Origin: an uncultured Bdellovibrionales bacterium
GTDB taxonomy: Bacteria; Patescibacteriota; Minisyncoccia; Moranbacterales; UBA1568
DNA length: 64,000 nucleotides
Reading direction: 5' to 3'
NCBI GenBank assembly: GCA_964624415.1
Contig: CAZUWR010000001.1
Location: 74,114 to 138,113, forward strand
Translations under genes and position numbers: made by a program
The notes under the pieces: model-generated
The model's input: the letters and a program-made list of their open reading frames with translations, nothing else
Databases searched by the model: none
Told to the model about the DNA's origin: nothing
Shown: one piece after another, positions 1 to 9,000 of the stretch
Position numbering within the stretch: the first letter of the stretch is position 1
Layout of the letters: each line of letters opens with the position of its first letter

Positions 1-782
1 ATCAGGGTGTTTTGGTATCCTGTGGTGACAGCGCATCCGTGGTGACTCTTGCCAAAGATGCCAGGTGCACGCGATTGAGTTACGGATTTTTGGAGGAGAA
101 TGATTTTCGTATAATCAGCTATGCTCCTATGGAACGTTTTGATCCTGAGTCTGTCGGGTTATCGCTCAAGCAAACATTTGAGGTAGTCTATCAAGGAGAA
201 TCATTGGGAACATTCGCTTTGCAGCTTGCTGGTAAGCACAATGCCCTCAATGCCGCTTCTGTCATAGCGCTGTGCGAGTACCTGAAGCTTGATAGGGAAA
301 AAGTGCGTGAGGCACTGAAACGGTTTGCCGGTACATCGCGCCGTTTCGAGTATATCGGGGAGTATAAAGATGCTTTGCTGTATGATGATTACGCGCATCA
401 TCCCGAAGAAATCAAAGTGACACTCAAGGCCTTTCGGGATCTGTATCCCACGCGTCGCATCGTGGCAGTCTTTCATCCGCATACCTATACGCGCACGAAG
501 GCATTGCTCGCCGAATTCGCGCAGAGTTTCGATGATGCTGATCTGGTGTATATTTTGGATATTTATGGCAGCGCTCGAGAAACCCAAGGAGGAGTGTCTT
601 CCCGTCAAATCGTAGACCTCGTCAATACATATACCCGTGGCAAGGCTGTGCATATAGAGACTGTGACGGACACCATCGCCGAACTTCAGGAAAAAACACT
701 CGAGGGAGATGTTGTTGTTACGCTTGGCGCCGGCAATGTGTGGGAAGTCGTGCATACTTTGTCAAAAACAGTCAACAATTAA
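1..782 (+). CDS. murC: UDP-N-acetylmuramate--L-alanine ligase MurC, C-terminal portion; the 5' end lies outside the window
   Basis: Mur ligase C-terminal motifs in the translation (GKHNALNAAS, TSRRFE, DDYAHHPEEI). Stop codon TAA at 780-782. Directly followed by murB, a conserved gene order. Confidence 0.85.
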   Translation, partial: QGVLVSCGDSASVVTLAKDARCTRLSYGFLEENDFRIISYAPMERFDPESVGLSLKQTFEVVYQGESLGTFALQLAGKHNALNAASVIALCEYLKLDREKVREALKRFAGTSRRFEYIGEYKDALLYDDYAHHPEEIKVTLKAFRDLYPTRRIVAVFHPHTYTRTKALLAEFAQSFDDADLVYILDIYGSARETQGGVSSRQIVDLVNTYTRGKAVHIETVTDTIAELQEKTLEGDVVVTLGAGNVWEVVHTLSKTVNN

Positions 783-833
783 CAGTTAACAAAAAGTAAC
801 TAACAATGTAAAGCACTAAGCGACTATTGATCT

Positions 834-1763
834 ATGATTACCGTACAAGAAAATATCCCCCTGGCGCCGTTTTCCACTTTCAAAATCGGTGGCCCGGCGA
901 AATATTTTGCCGCAGTTACTTCCGATGCGGAGGTTGTCGAGGCCTTGCAGTATGCGAAGGAGCATCAATTGCGTGTTTTTGTGTTGGGAGGCGGGAGTAA
1001 TGTTTTGTTTGCTGACAGAGGCTTTGACGGCTTGGTGATGCAGCTCGGGAATCGGGATATCGCCGTGGAGGACACTCTCGTTACGGCAGGCGCGGGTGCG
1101 AAACTTTCAGAAGTGATTGATTGTGCTATCGGGCATTCTTTGGCTGGCATGGAACATATGGCTGGCATCCCCGGGAGCGTCGGCGGTGCAGTGCGGGGCA
1201 ATGCGGGCGCTTTTGGAGTGGAGATCGGTTCGTTGGTAACCCAGGTGACTTTTATAGACACCGAAACGATGGAAGTACATACGATAGAGAAAGATGCGTG
1301 CGAATTTTCTTACCGACAAAGTGTGTTCAAAAAAAATCCGAAATGGCTGGTGCTCTCTGTAAAGCTTATGCTAGCGAACGGTGACCAGAATTCTCTGAGA
1401 CATATCGCAGAGGAAACCATCGCTACGCGCGAATCCAAGCATCCGCAACAGGTAGCGTGCGCGGGTTCATTCTTTATGAATCCGACGGTTACGGATGAGA
1501 AAGTGCTGGATGAATTTTTTCATGATACGGGTGTTCGTGCACGGATGCAGGTGCTTCCGGCAGGGTGGCTGATCGATCATGCCGGTTTGCGGGGAAAAAA
1601 GGTGGGCGGCGCACAAGTGAGCGATATTCATCCCAATTATCTCCTTAATACCGGCACCGCTACCGCTGAGGATGTGCTTATCCTGTCCAGCCTTATCAAG
1701 CAGCGCGTCCGCACGCAATTCGGTGTCCAGCTCAAGGAGGAACCGCAACTGGTCGGTTTTTGA
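834..1763 (+). CDS. murB: UDP-N-acetylenolpyruvoylglucosamine reductase MurB
   Basis: 309 aa. FAD-binding N-terminus (FKIGGPAKYF, VLGGGSNVLF) and a typical MurB C-terminal domain. Adjacent to murC. Confidence 0.9.
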   Translation: MITVQENIPLAPFSTFKIGGPAKYFAAVTSDAEVVEALQYAKEHQLRVFVLGGGSNVLFADRGFDGLVMQLGNRDIAVEDTLVTAGAGAKLSEVIDCAIGHSLAGMEHMAGIPGSVGGAVRGNAGAFGVEIGSLVTQVTFIDTETMEVHTIEKDACEFSYRQSVFKKNPKWLVLSVKLMLANGDQNSLRHIAEETIATRESKHPQQVACAGSFFMNPTVTDEKVLDEFFHDTGVRARMQVLPAGWLIDHAGLRGKKVGGAQVSDIHPNYLLNTGTATAEDVLILSSLIKQRVRTQFGVQLKEEPQLVGF

Positions 1764-1842
1764 TATTCCAATACCCTTCCTTTTCTTTTTACCGGTAACG
1801 TGTTATAATAAAAAAGTCTAATTTATATCTATCTCAAAAACT

Positions 1843-2817
1843 ATGAAAGGAAACGTTAGCACCGGGTTCGCCCTCACCCTCATCGCGCTCTTCGCCCTGG
1901 TTTTTGGCACGGTGTTTTGGTTGATGGGAAAGCGGACTATCACCGAGGCACCGGTGACACAAACGACACAAGTAACGAGCCGTGAAAAACAGGCGGAGAA
2001 CGCGAAAACGCAAAAGTATGTAGAGGTTAAAGAATTAGGATTTAAAATTCCCGTGGATGATGCGATGGCGGATGATCTGACGTATACCATAGTCAAGCCG
2101 GACGGTGTTCCTTTTTCTTCTGCGAATTTTTCATCCAAGACACTAAACGCCGTGGATAAAGACTGTAGCACGCTATCGGGAATGCAAATACAAAAAATAT
2201 CAGGTACGCCTGCAAAAAATCCTACAGGGGAATCGGATTTTTATTCAGCTCGGACGGATTATATCAAACAATTTGACGGTTTTTTCCTTCTTTATCAAAG
2301 TCCTCAAGCATCCTGTACAATGGGTAAGAATGTCGATTTGGAAAGTAGGGTCGCACAGGCTGTTTCCGAAGGATTTAAAAATGTTACTTTGTTAGATGCT
2401 CACAATACTATCATTATCCCCACACAATCACCTGATGGCACTATGCTCGGGAATATATCTTTCACCATGCCGAGCGGATGGGTAAAAAAAGGAGAGCGAG
2501 TGGCCTCGGAAAATACCGATGCACCAGAGACTATTGAGCAGAAATATGCCGGAAAAGAGGGTGAATTGACTTTGACCAATCTGTATCAAGGCGGCGCATG
2601 TCCGACCGATGGCGGATATGTCACAGTGAAGAGCGATGGAGGAGTTACATTCAATGTCTGCTATAGCAGGGAAGGAGCTGTTTTCAATAGTGTGGAAATT
2701 AACGGAAAGGATAATACGGATGTTTTCGGAGGGGTGCAGTTTAATCCCGGTATAGACGTAGCGCAGCAGAAGGATTTCATTCAAAAATTGTTGCTCACCG
2801 CAGTGAAGGGAAAATAG
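1843..2817 (+). CDS. Hypothetical membrane-anchored or secreted protein (paralog A of a tandem family)
   Basis: 324 aa. N-terminal signal anchor ISTGFALTLIALFALVFGTVFWLMGKR followed by a Thr/Gln-rich linker. No recognised catalytic motif. Confidence 0.6.
   Translation: MKGNVSTGFALTLIALFALVFGTVFWLMGKRTITEAPVTQTTQVTSREKQAENAKTQKYVEVKELGFKIPVDDAMADDLTYTIVKPDGVPFSSANFSSKTLNAVDKDCSTLSGMQIQKISGTPAKNPTGESDFYSARTDYIKQFDGFFLLYQSPQASCTMGKNVDLESRVAQAVSEGFKNVTLLDAHNTIIIPTQSPDGTMLGNISFTMPSGWVKKGERVASENTDAPETIEQKYAGKEGELTLTNLYQGGACPTDGGYVTVKSDGGVTFNVCYSREGAVFNSVEINGKDNTDVFGGVQFNPGIDVAQQKDFIQKLLLTAVKGK
1861..1935. repeat. About 75 bp near-identical DNA segment encoding the signal-anchor region, copy 1 (partner at about 2914-2988)
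   Basis: accgggttcgccctcaccctcatcgcgctcttcgccct...ggtgttttggttgatgggaaa is nearly identical between the two paralogs, while the rest of the genes has diverged. Confidence 0.7.
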
Positions 2818-2896
2818 CACAGTGTTTTTGGGTAGTGATTCCTTAAACCCTTTCCTTTGACGAGATGGTTTCTAATTTTTTATTTCATTCGCATCT

Positions 2897-3556
2897 ATGT
2901 CCAAGCATATCAGCACCGGGTTCGCCCTCACCCTCATCGCGCTCTTCGCCCTTGTCTTCGGAACGGTGTTTTGGTTGATGGGAAAACGGGATATCACCGA
3001 TGTACCGGTGGTACAGACAACGCAACCGATTTCGAGTGCGGTACAGCAAACCGACAAAGTCGTCTACGAAAACAAAGAGTTCGGATTTTCTCTGGAACTG
3101 CCGGCGAGTTGGACGGGGTATAAGATTTTTGAAGGAAAATCATTTGATTTGTATGACAAAAAACGATACGATAATAAACATTTTACTTTTCTCTTGCCAA
3201 CAACGGAAAAAGATTCAGGAGCATGGTTTTTTGGAAAGGATCTAAAAGAGTACGCATACTTTGCGCCTGTTATTTCTATCGATGTTATTCCCAAGGAGTA
3301 TTTTTTGAAAAATGAAAAAACCTGTGAAACGAATTTTGATCCTAAAAATATACAATTAAAACAATCTTATCCTGACTGCCTGCGATGGAAGTTGATTGGA
3401 GAGACTGAAAATTTCGTAGTACTTGCCGATAGAGTTGATGGCGGTCTTGCCGGAGATGAAAAATATGCGGACAAAATGCTAGCGATAAAGTCGACAAACG
3501 AAGATCCTTATGGATTTTTAGACTTTTTCAAAAAAAGTTTCAAGTTGCTCGGTTAG
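2897..3556 (+). CDS. Hypothetical membrane-anchored or secreted protein (paralog B)
   Basis: 219 aa. Same N-terminal anchor as 1843..2817 (ISTGFALTLIALFALVFGTVFWLMGKRDIT). Ends at TAG 3554-3556. Confidence 0.6.
   Translation: MSKHISTGFALTLIALFALVFGTVFWLMGKRDITDVPVVQTTQPISSAVQQTDKVVYENKEFGFSLELPASWTGYKIFEGKSFDLYDKKRYDNKHFTFLLPTTEKDSGAWFFGKDLKEYAYFAPVISIDVIPKEYFLKNEKTCETNFDPKNIQLKQSYPDCLRWKLIGETENFVVLADRVDGGLAGDEKYADKMLAIKSTNEDPYGFLDFFKKSFKLLG
2914..2988. repeat. About 75 bp signal-anchor repeat, copy 2
   Basis: See copy 1. Only a few mismatches over about 75 bp. Confidence 0.7.
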
Positions 3557-4000
3557 ACGTCTATCGATACCTCCGACTGGCAAACCTATCGCAATGACCA
3601 GTACGGGTTTGAGTTCAAATATCCGAAAGAATGGTTTGAGCAGAAACCGATAGACGGCATAAATGTATAATACAATGTGTACATTACCAACAAAGATATT
3701 GCCGATGATTATAACAAACTTGGAAAGGACGATGTGCAATTGAGCGTCATAAGAGTGAAAGATGAATTACAGGTTGGTAATGATATAGCCCTTAAAAATT
3801 TGGAAAAAAATCGACAACAATTTTCAACGTTTCAACCTTTTATGACCGATGACGAAAGAAATCATGAAGTTTTATTCGGCAATTCTCATAAGTGTTCACT
3901 AGCAGTATACACCAAACCTGATAAGGTTTCGTATCAGATTTACATGACAAGCACCGGTGGTTGCGATACATTGAGTCATTTTGAAAGAGAGTTTGAGTAA
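3557..4000 (+). pseudogene. Decayed third paralog of the Y-G-F-E-F-K-Y-P secreted-protein family: no start codon or signal anchor, and an in-frame TAA at 3668-3670
   Basis: The reading frame runs on directly from the TAG of the previous gene. It encodes TSIDTSDWQTYRNDQYGFEFKYPKEWFEQKPIDGINV, then an in-frame TAA, then MYITNKDIADD... (ORF 3677..4000) in the same frame. The motif and the downstream region resemble the intact protein at 55973..56515. Confidence 0.4.
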
Positions 4001-4098
4001 ATAACGGAAAGCTTCAAAGTGCTTCCATAAGCCACTATACAGTTCTTTCCCGTATGGGTGTATAATACAGAGGGGGAGTAATCCATAAGCGTAACGCT

Positions 4099-4446
4099 AT
4101 GAATACACGATTTTTGTTCAAGGGTGTGGAAGTGAATGCCTTGGCGCGGGAATATATGCTGAAGCGATTGGAGCGGGTGGAAAAACTGGTGGATCCGGTG
4201 TCAAAATTTGAAATCGAAGTGGGTTTGAGTGAACAGAAAAAGTTTCGCGTGGAAGTGATGGTGCGCACGCCGCATCATTTGTATCGCGCCGAAGAGGTGA
4301 CGGAAACTGCGGAGGGCTCGATGGATATCGTGGTGGACAAGCTGGAGCATCAGATCGTTTCGGACAAGGAAAAGCAGAAGGATCTGAAGCGCGATGGCGG
4401 ACGGGAAATCAAGGAAATGCTTCATACGGATGTGACGGAAGAATAG
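4099..4446 (+). CDS. hpf: Ribosome hibernation promoting factor / ribosome-associated inhibitor (HPF/RaiA family)
   Basis: 115 aa. Sigma-54 modulation protein / S30EA fold signature (KFEIEVGL..., HHLYRAEE..., SMDIVVDKLEHQI). Confidence 0.8.
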   Translation: MNTRFLFKGVEVNALAREYMLKRLERVEKLVDPVSKFEIEVGLSEQKKFRVEVMVRTPHHLYRAEEVTETAEGSMDIVVDKLEHQIVSDKEKQKDLKRDGGREIKEMLHTDVTEE

Positions 4447-4487
4447 ATCGGGACGCGAAAAAATAACGGAATCAAAAGAAAAACATA

Positions 4488-5678
4488 ATGCGAGTTGCGC
4501 GAAGGCTGTTTCAGGGAGCGGTGTATATATTTGCGGCCGTAGGATTTATTTTTACGGGGGTGTTTTTTGCTATCCGTTTTCACCTGACCGATGTCTCGGG
4601 GACGGTGGATGCTCGCAGTGTCGAGTTTGAAGAAACAAGTGTCGCGGCATCGCAACAGGTCTTGGGTGTTTCGGATACGCATCGATCGAATGATACGGAT
4701 TTTTCGCAGATCGATACGGAAGTGGAGCGTTTGACGGGTATACGGAAAATACAACAAAACAATATATGCTCGCTTGCGGCACTGAAAGAGAAAGCGCCGA
4801 AAGATGTCGCCGATATCGCCAGGGTTCAAGCGATGGGCAATGCGGATGCGGTGGTTTCTAAGATGATTTTTGCGTTGGAAAATGACTTGGGAAATCAGGA
4901 TACGATACGCGCGCAAGCACAAGACTGTGTGGAACAAGGAAAATACAGAAGTGTTTCCACTGAGGCACTGACAATGGGTACGGATAGTCCGAGCGTATTC
5001 GCTTGGTCTGCCGACGAGGAGTGGCAGTCTATCTCTACGGCGGTAGTGAAGGACAAAGACGCTATCGATCGCGCGGCGCAGGCTTCCGATATCGAGCCGC
5101 GATTGATTGTGTCGAGTCTTATCGTTGAGCAGATTAGACTTTTTCATTCGCAGCGGGAACTGTTTAAGAAGTTTTTCGAGCCGCTGAAAATTCTTGGAAA
5201 TTCAACCACTATTTCATTGGGTGTGATGGGCATCAAGCCACCCACCGCCCAAACGGTCGAGGAGTATCTGAAGGATACATCGTCACCGTTTTATTTGGGT
5301 GAAAAATACGCACACTTGCTGGACTATCCGGCAGGAGTGGATGTGGAAAAAGAACGTTTCGCACGATTGACTGATGAACACAATCATTACTGGTCGTATT
5401 TGTACGGTGCGCTCTACCTGAAGCAGATGATGAAACAATGGACTGACGCCGGATACGATATCACGTATCGCCCGGAGATAGTTGGCACGCTTTTCAATGT
5501 CGGATTCCCCCAGTCGCATCCGAACGCGCATCCGCAAGTCGGGGGATCGACTATTCATCTCAATGATACGCATGAGTACTCTTTCGGCCGTCTGTCGTAT
5601 GAATTCTACTATTCCGGGCAATTGCTTGATGTGTTCCCTTATGCATTGCATGAGAAAGATGGCGATACAATGCCTTGA
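4488..5678 (+). CDS. Membrane-anchored hypothetical protein; possible lytic-transglycosylase-like motif
   Basis: 396 aa. N-terminal TM helix. The internal segment SLIVEQ...SLGVMGIKPPTAQ resembles the SLT catalytic-Glu and GLMQIMPxTA region. The assignment is weak. Confidence 0.45.
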   Translation: MRVARRLFQGAVYIFAAVGFIFTGVFFAIRFHLTDVSGTVDARSVEFEETSVAASQQVLGVSDTHRSNDTDFSQIDTEVERLTGIRKIQQNNICSLAALKEKAPKDVADIARVQAMGNADAVVSKMIFALENDLGNQDTIRAQAQDCVEQGKYRSVSTEALTMGTDSPSVFAWSADEEWQSISTAVVKDKDAIDRAAQASDIEPRLIVSSLIVEQIRLFHSQRELFKKFFEPLKILGNSTTISLGVMGIKPPTAQTVEEYLKDTSSPFYLGEKYAHLLDYPAGVDVEKERFARLTDEHNHYWSYLYGALYLKQMMKQWTDAGYDITYRPEIVGTLFNVGFPQSHPNAHPQVGGSTIHLNDTHEYSFGRLSYEFYYSGQLLDVFPYALHEKDGDTMP

Positions 5679-5775
5679 GTATGTGCTTTTTATGCTATGT
5701 AGTGATTTTTTATATCTTTGTATGGAGAGCCCTTTTCTTGTATACTGAGGATAGATTATTCTTAAATTCAATCCT

Positions 5776-6333
5776 ATGGCAGAAAAATTCGACATCATTC
5801 TTATTGATGATGATGTTGAGCTCCGTAGTTTGTATGCGGAAGTATTTCGTAATGACGGGTTTGAAGTGCGCGAGGCGAATGATGGTCTGCAGGGTCTGGA
5901 AATGATCAATGACAAAACGCCCGACGTTATTTTTACGGGTATTATGATGCCGCGTATGGATGGTTTCACATTGGTGGAAACACTGAAAAAAAATGTTGCG
6001 ACCGCTTCGGTTCCGGTGGTACTGTTTTCTCACTTGGGACGCGAAGAAGATGAGAAACGTGCGGAGACGCTCGGGGTAAAGAAATTTATCGTCAAAGGGA
6101 TGGTATCGGTAAAGGATGTCGTCCGTATCGTCAAATCATTGTTAGTAAAGACTGTGGTCGAATACCATGTGTTTCTCGATCCACTTTCTTTGGATGCTCA
6201 GAAATTAGTTTTGGATTTCGGCCTCAATACGGACTTTTCGTGTGTCGAGAACGGAGGGAAAAAATGGGCACTCACGTTGACGGTCAAGGATACACATGCC
6301 CGTACGTTCGAGGCAAAGTTTACCTGCGTGTAG
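5776..6333 (+). CDS. Single-domain response regulator (CheY-like receiver) with a short C-terminal extension
   Basis: 185 aa. Receiver-domain pattern: acidic pocket DDD, phosphoacceptor Asp in DVIFTGIMMPRMDG, conserved K in KKFIVKG. No DNA-binding output domain recognised. Confidence 0.7.
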   Translation: MAEKFDIILIDDDVELRSLYAEVFRNDGFEVREANDGLQGLEMINDKTPDVIFTGIMMPRMDGFTLVETLKKNVATASVPVVLFSHLGREEDEKRAETLGVKKFIVKGMVSVKDVVRIVKSLLVKTVVEYHVFLDPLSLDAQKLVLDFGLNTDFSCVENGGKKWALTLTVKDTHARTFEAKFTCV

Positions 6334-6462
6334 CAACTGTTTAAAATATTTTTGTTTTTGGTTTTTGATAGTGTTTTTCGAACTGCCGGGTCAAAGACGA
6401 AAGGCGAGAAGAAATGCTATCAAAAGCCAAAAAAAAGAGTAAAAAAGATTTTAGACAATTGC
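6334..6462. repeat. Conserved intergenic module, copy 1 (about 90% identical to 25151-25278)
   Basis: aactgtttaaaa, then a T-rich stretch, then agtgtttttcgaactgccgggtcaaagacgaaaggcgagaagaaatgctatcaaaagccaaaaaaaagagtaaaaaagattttagacaatt. It lies between a + strand gene stop and the next + strand gene start. Confidence 0.65.
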
Positions 6463-6495
6463 TTAGCACCTTCTATTTTTTAAAGAAATGTGTGT

Positions 6496-8211
6496 ATGGC
6501 TGTATGGAAAGTGCAATCTGAGGCGGATGTGGAACATGAATCGGTAGGCGAGGGCAAGTTGCATCCTATTACCGCGGCCTTGCTGATGAAGCGCGGAGTG
6601 AAAGATGATGATTTAATGCAACGGTTTTTTACACCTGATTACGATAAAGATCTTCATGACCCATTTTTGTTTGTGCAGATGCCGATGGTTATCGAGCGTC
6701 TCCGCAAGGCCAAGGAAAACGACGAGCGCGTCGGCGTGTTTGGCGATTTTGACGTGGATGGGGTAACATCTTCAGCCTTGCTTCGGATGGTGCTTGGAGC
6801 ACTGGATATTCCTTGCTCTATCTATATTCCCGACAAAAATACCGAAGGGCACGGTTTGCATCTCAATGCGATCGAAGTATTCGCGCAAGAGGGCGTGACA
6901 CTTGTGATGACCACGGACTGCGGTATGACCAATGTCGAGCAAGTCGATGCCGCCAATGCGCGCGGGATGGATGTGATTATCATCGATCACCATCATGTCC
7001 CGGAAGTATTGCCAAAAGCGCACGCCATCATCAATGCGCAGATGAGTGATTCGGGCTACCCGTTCAAGGGACTGTGTGCCGTGGGGACGGTATTTAAGGT
7101 GGCGCAGGCCGTATACCATACCTTTTTGCCGGGTAAACTTGATCAATTGAAGTGGTTTTTGGATGTGGTTGCGGTTGGAACGGTAGCAGACTGTATGCCG
7201 CTCATCGATGAGAATCGCGTGATGGTGAAGTATGGATTGATTGTACTTTCCAAAACTCGTCGCATCGGTTTTCAGGAGATGTTTGCTGTCGGGAGGATTC
7301 CTATCGATGAAAATAACGTGCCCGATTCCCGGATGATCGGTTTTCAGATTGCGCCCCGTATCAATGCGGCGGGACGAATGGCACACGCCCAGGCGGCGCA
7401 TGAGCTTTTGATGTGTGAGGATCATTCTATCGCTCGCGGTCTGGCACTCGATATCGAGGCCAACAACGTCGCGCGTCAAAAAATTAGCACTCAGACGACC
7501 GACCAGGTGCGCAAGGTTGCCCAGCTGCAGTATGCTGACAAAAAATTCATCTTCGCGGTGAGCGAGCACTACCCGCTCGGCATTGTGGGACTGGTGGCGG
7601 GGCGTATCGCGCATGAGCTCAACAAACCGACGGCAGTCTTCCAGAAAGGCGAGCACGAAAGCCAAGGCTCATTCCGTAGTATTCCGTCTATCAATATCAT
7701 CGAGGCAATCGAGGAATGCGGAGATTTACTGGTGAAATTTGGCGGCCATGCGATGGCAGCGGGGTTGACGGTAAAGAATGAGCATATTGAAGCATTCTAT
7801 GAAAAGCTCAATGGCATTATCGAGAAAAAATTGGAGGGTATCGTCGTGGAGCCGGAAATCCTGATCGATATGAAACTCTCACCCTATCACATTACGCCGC
7901 AATTGGTGAGTGAGATCGGCAAAATGGCACCGTTCGGAGAAGGGAATCGCGAACCCGTCTTTTTACTGGAGAATATGAGCGTGCAGTCTGTACGGATGGT
8001 GGGTAATGGCAGCAAGCACCTCAAGCTCGCTTTGCGATCCGACGATGCCGAAGGGAGGACATTCGATGCTATCGGTTTCAGTCTCGGCGCGAAATTTCCT
8101 GATCTCGCTATCGGACAAAAACTCGATGTCGTCTTCGGTCTCGAAGCCAATGTTTGGAATGGCCGCACGACGACGCAGCTGAAACTGATCGATATGCGAT
8201 TGCGGGAGTAA
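6496..8211 (+). CDS. recJ: Single-stranded-DNA-specific exonuclease RecJ
   Basis: DHH family motifs (GDFDVDGVTS, IIIDHHH), DHHA1 region (GGHAMAAG) and a C-terminal OB-fold. Start placed at ATG 6496; the ORF track begins at a GTG at 6490. Confidence 0.9.
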   Translation: MAVWKVQSEADVEHESVGEGKLHPITAALLMKRGVKDDDLMQRFFTPDYDKDLHDPFLFVQMPMVIERLRKAKENDERVGVFGDFDVDGVTSSALLRMVLGALDIPCSIYIPDKNTEGHGLHLNAIEVFAQEGVTLVMTTDCGMTNVEQVDAANARGMDVIIIDHHHVPEVLPKAHAIINAQMSDSGYPFKGLCAVGTVFKVAQAVYHTFLPGKLDQLKWFLDVVAVGTVADCMPLIDENRVMVKYGLIVLSKTRRIGFQEMFAVGRIPIDENNVPDSRMIGFQIAPRINAAGRMAHAQAAHELLMCEDHSIARGLALDIEANNVARQKISTQTTDQVRKVAQLQYADKKFIFAVSEHYPLGIVGLVAGRIAHELNKPTAVFQKGEHESQGSFRSIPSINIIEAIEECGDLLVKFGGHAMAAGLTVKNEHIEAFYEKLNGIIEKKLEGIVVEPEILIDMKLSPYHITPQLVSEIGKMAPFGEGNREPVFLLENMSVQSVRMVGNGSKHLKLALRSDDAEGRTFDAIGFSLGAKFPDLAIGQKLDVVFGLEANVWNGRTTTQLKLIDMRLRE

Positions 8212-8261
8212 GCAGGATTTATGTATACTGTAATCAAATATAATTTTTTATCATAAAGACT

Positions 8262-8576
8262 ATGAAGCCAGGCGAATACAATCAGATACCAAGCAATGAA
8301 ATGCCGAAGGCGGCAGAAGACACTATGAAAGCACCTTTTGAGATAGAGGACAGAGAGGCCGAAATTGCCTTGGCCAAGAAAGAATTTGACGATTATATGC
8401 AAAAGTTATGCGCTGCGGAAGATGACCCCGAGGTAATAGTGGATTGTTTGCGTGAAGCGAAAGACGCGGCTTTTCAGATAGGAAAATATAAGCTGATGGC
8501 GATGTTTGATGACGAAATAGAAAAACGGGAAACGACGGATGAGGATGAAGAAGATCTTGAAGAGGCTGTAGCTTGA
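8262..8576 (+). CDS. Hypothetical acidic protein
   Basis: 104 aa, very acidic C-terminus. No recognised domain. Confidence 0.4.
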   Translation: MKPGEYNQIPSNEMPKAAEDTMKAPFEIEDREAEIALAKKEFDDYMQKLCAAEDDPEVIVDCLREAKDAAFQIGKYKLMAMFDDEIEKRETTDEDEEDLEEAVA

Positions 8577-8619
8577 AAACGCTCATAATCATGAAGCTGA
8601 ATTTAGTAAAAAAATCAGT

Positions 8620-8982
8620 ATGCTAGGACATGAATCACCATTTGAAACACAGGAAATGCTGGAACAGAAGCAAGAACAGCAGTTGGCCTTGCTTTTAAAA
8701 GAAAAAGGATTGGATGATCCCGAGGCGCACACAGCTCTTAACGAGTGGATTGCCCAACAGGAGCAGTGGGCTGATAATTCCGAGAATTCTTTAGACGCAC
8801 GTATAGAAGTGGATCTCCGGACGGCACGATTATATCTGAAAGCCGGTCTTTTGGATGATGTGTGGGACAACTTCGAATATGCCAAAGCACAAGCATGGAG
8901 TCGGCACAATTTAAGGGAGCGAGATTCTCTTTATCAAGCCATTGTAAAGGAAGTGGAACAAATAGAGGAATTTTTTCAGTAG
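8620..8982 (+). CDS. Hypothetical protein
   Basis: 120 aa, Gln/Glu-rich. No recognised domain. Confidence 0.4.
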   Translation: MLGHESPFETQEMLEQKQEQQLALLLKEKGLDDPEAHTALNEWIAQQEQWADNSENSLDARIEVDLRTARLYLKAGLLDDVWDNFEYAKAQAWSRHNLRERDSLYQAIVKEVEQIEEFFQ

Positions 8983-9000
8983 GAGTATATTTTATATTTT

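Noticed and set aside
201-755. Long ORFs on the strand opposite well-supported genes. Examples: 201..755 (-), 6772..7665 (-), 11627..12586 (-), 32789..34252 (+), 38603..39262 (+), 43787..44788 (+), 46868..47770 (+), 47954..48403 (+).
   Set aside because: They lie entirely inside genes with strong family signatures on the other strand, have no recognisable motifs, and are typical shadow ORFs of GC-balanced coding sequence.
3554-3670. Possibility that the in-frame TAG/TAA codons indicate stop-codon reassignment or read-through.
   Set aside because: TAA, TAG and TGA each terminate multiple well-conserved genes in this window at the expected positions. A decayed paralog is the simpler explanation.
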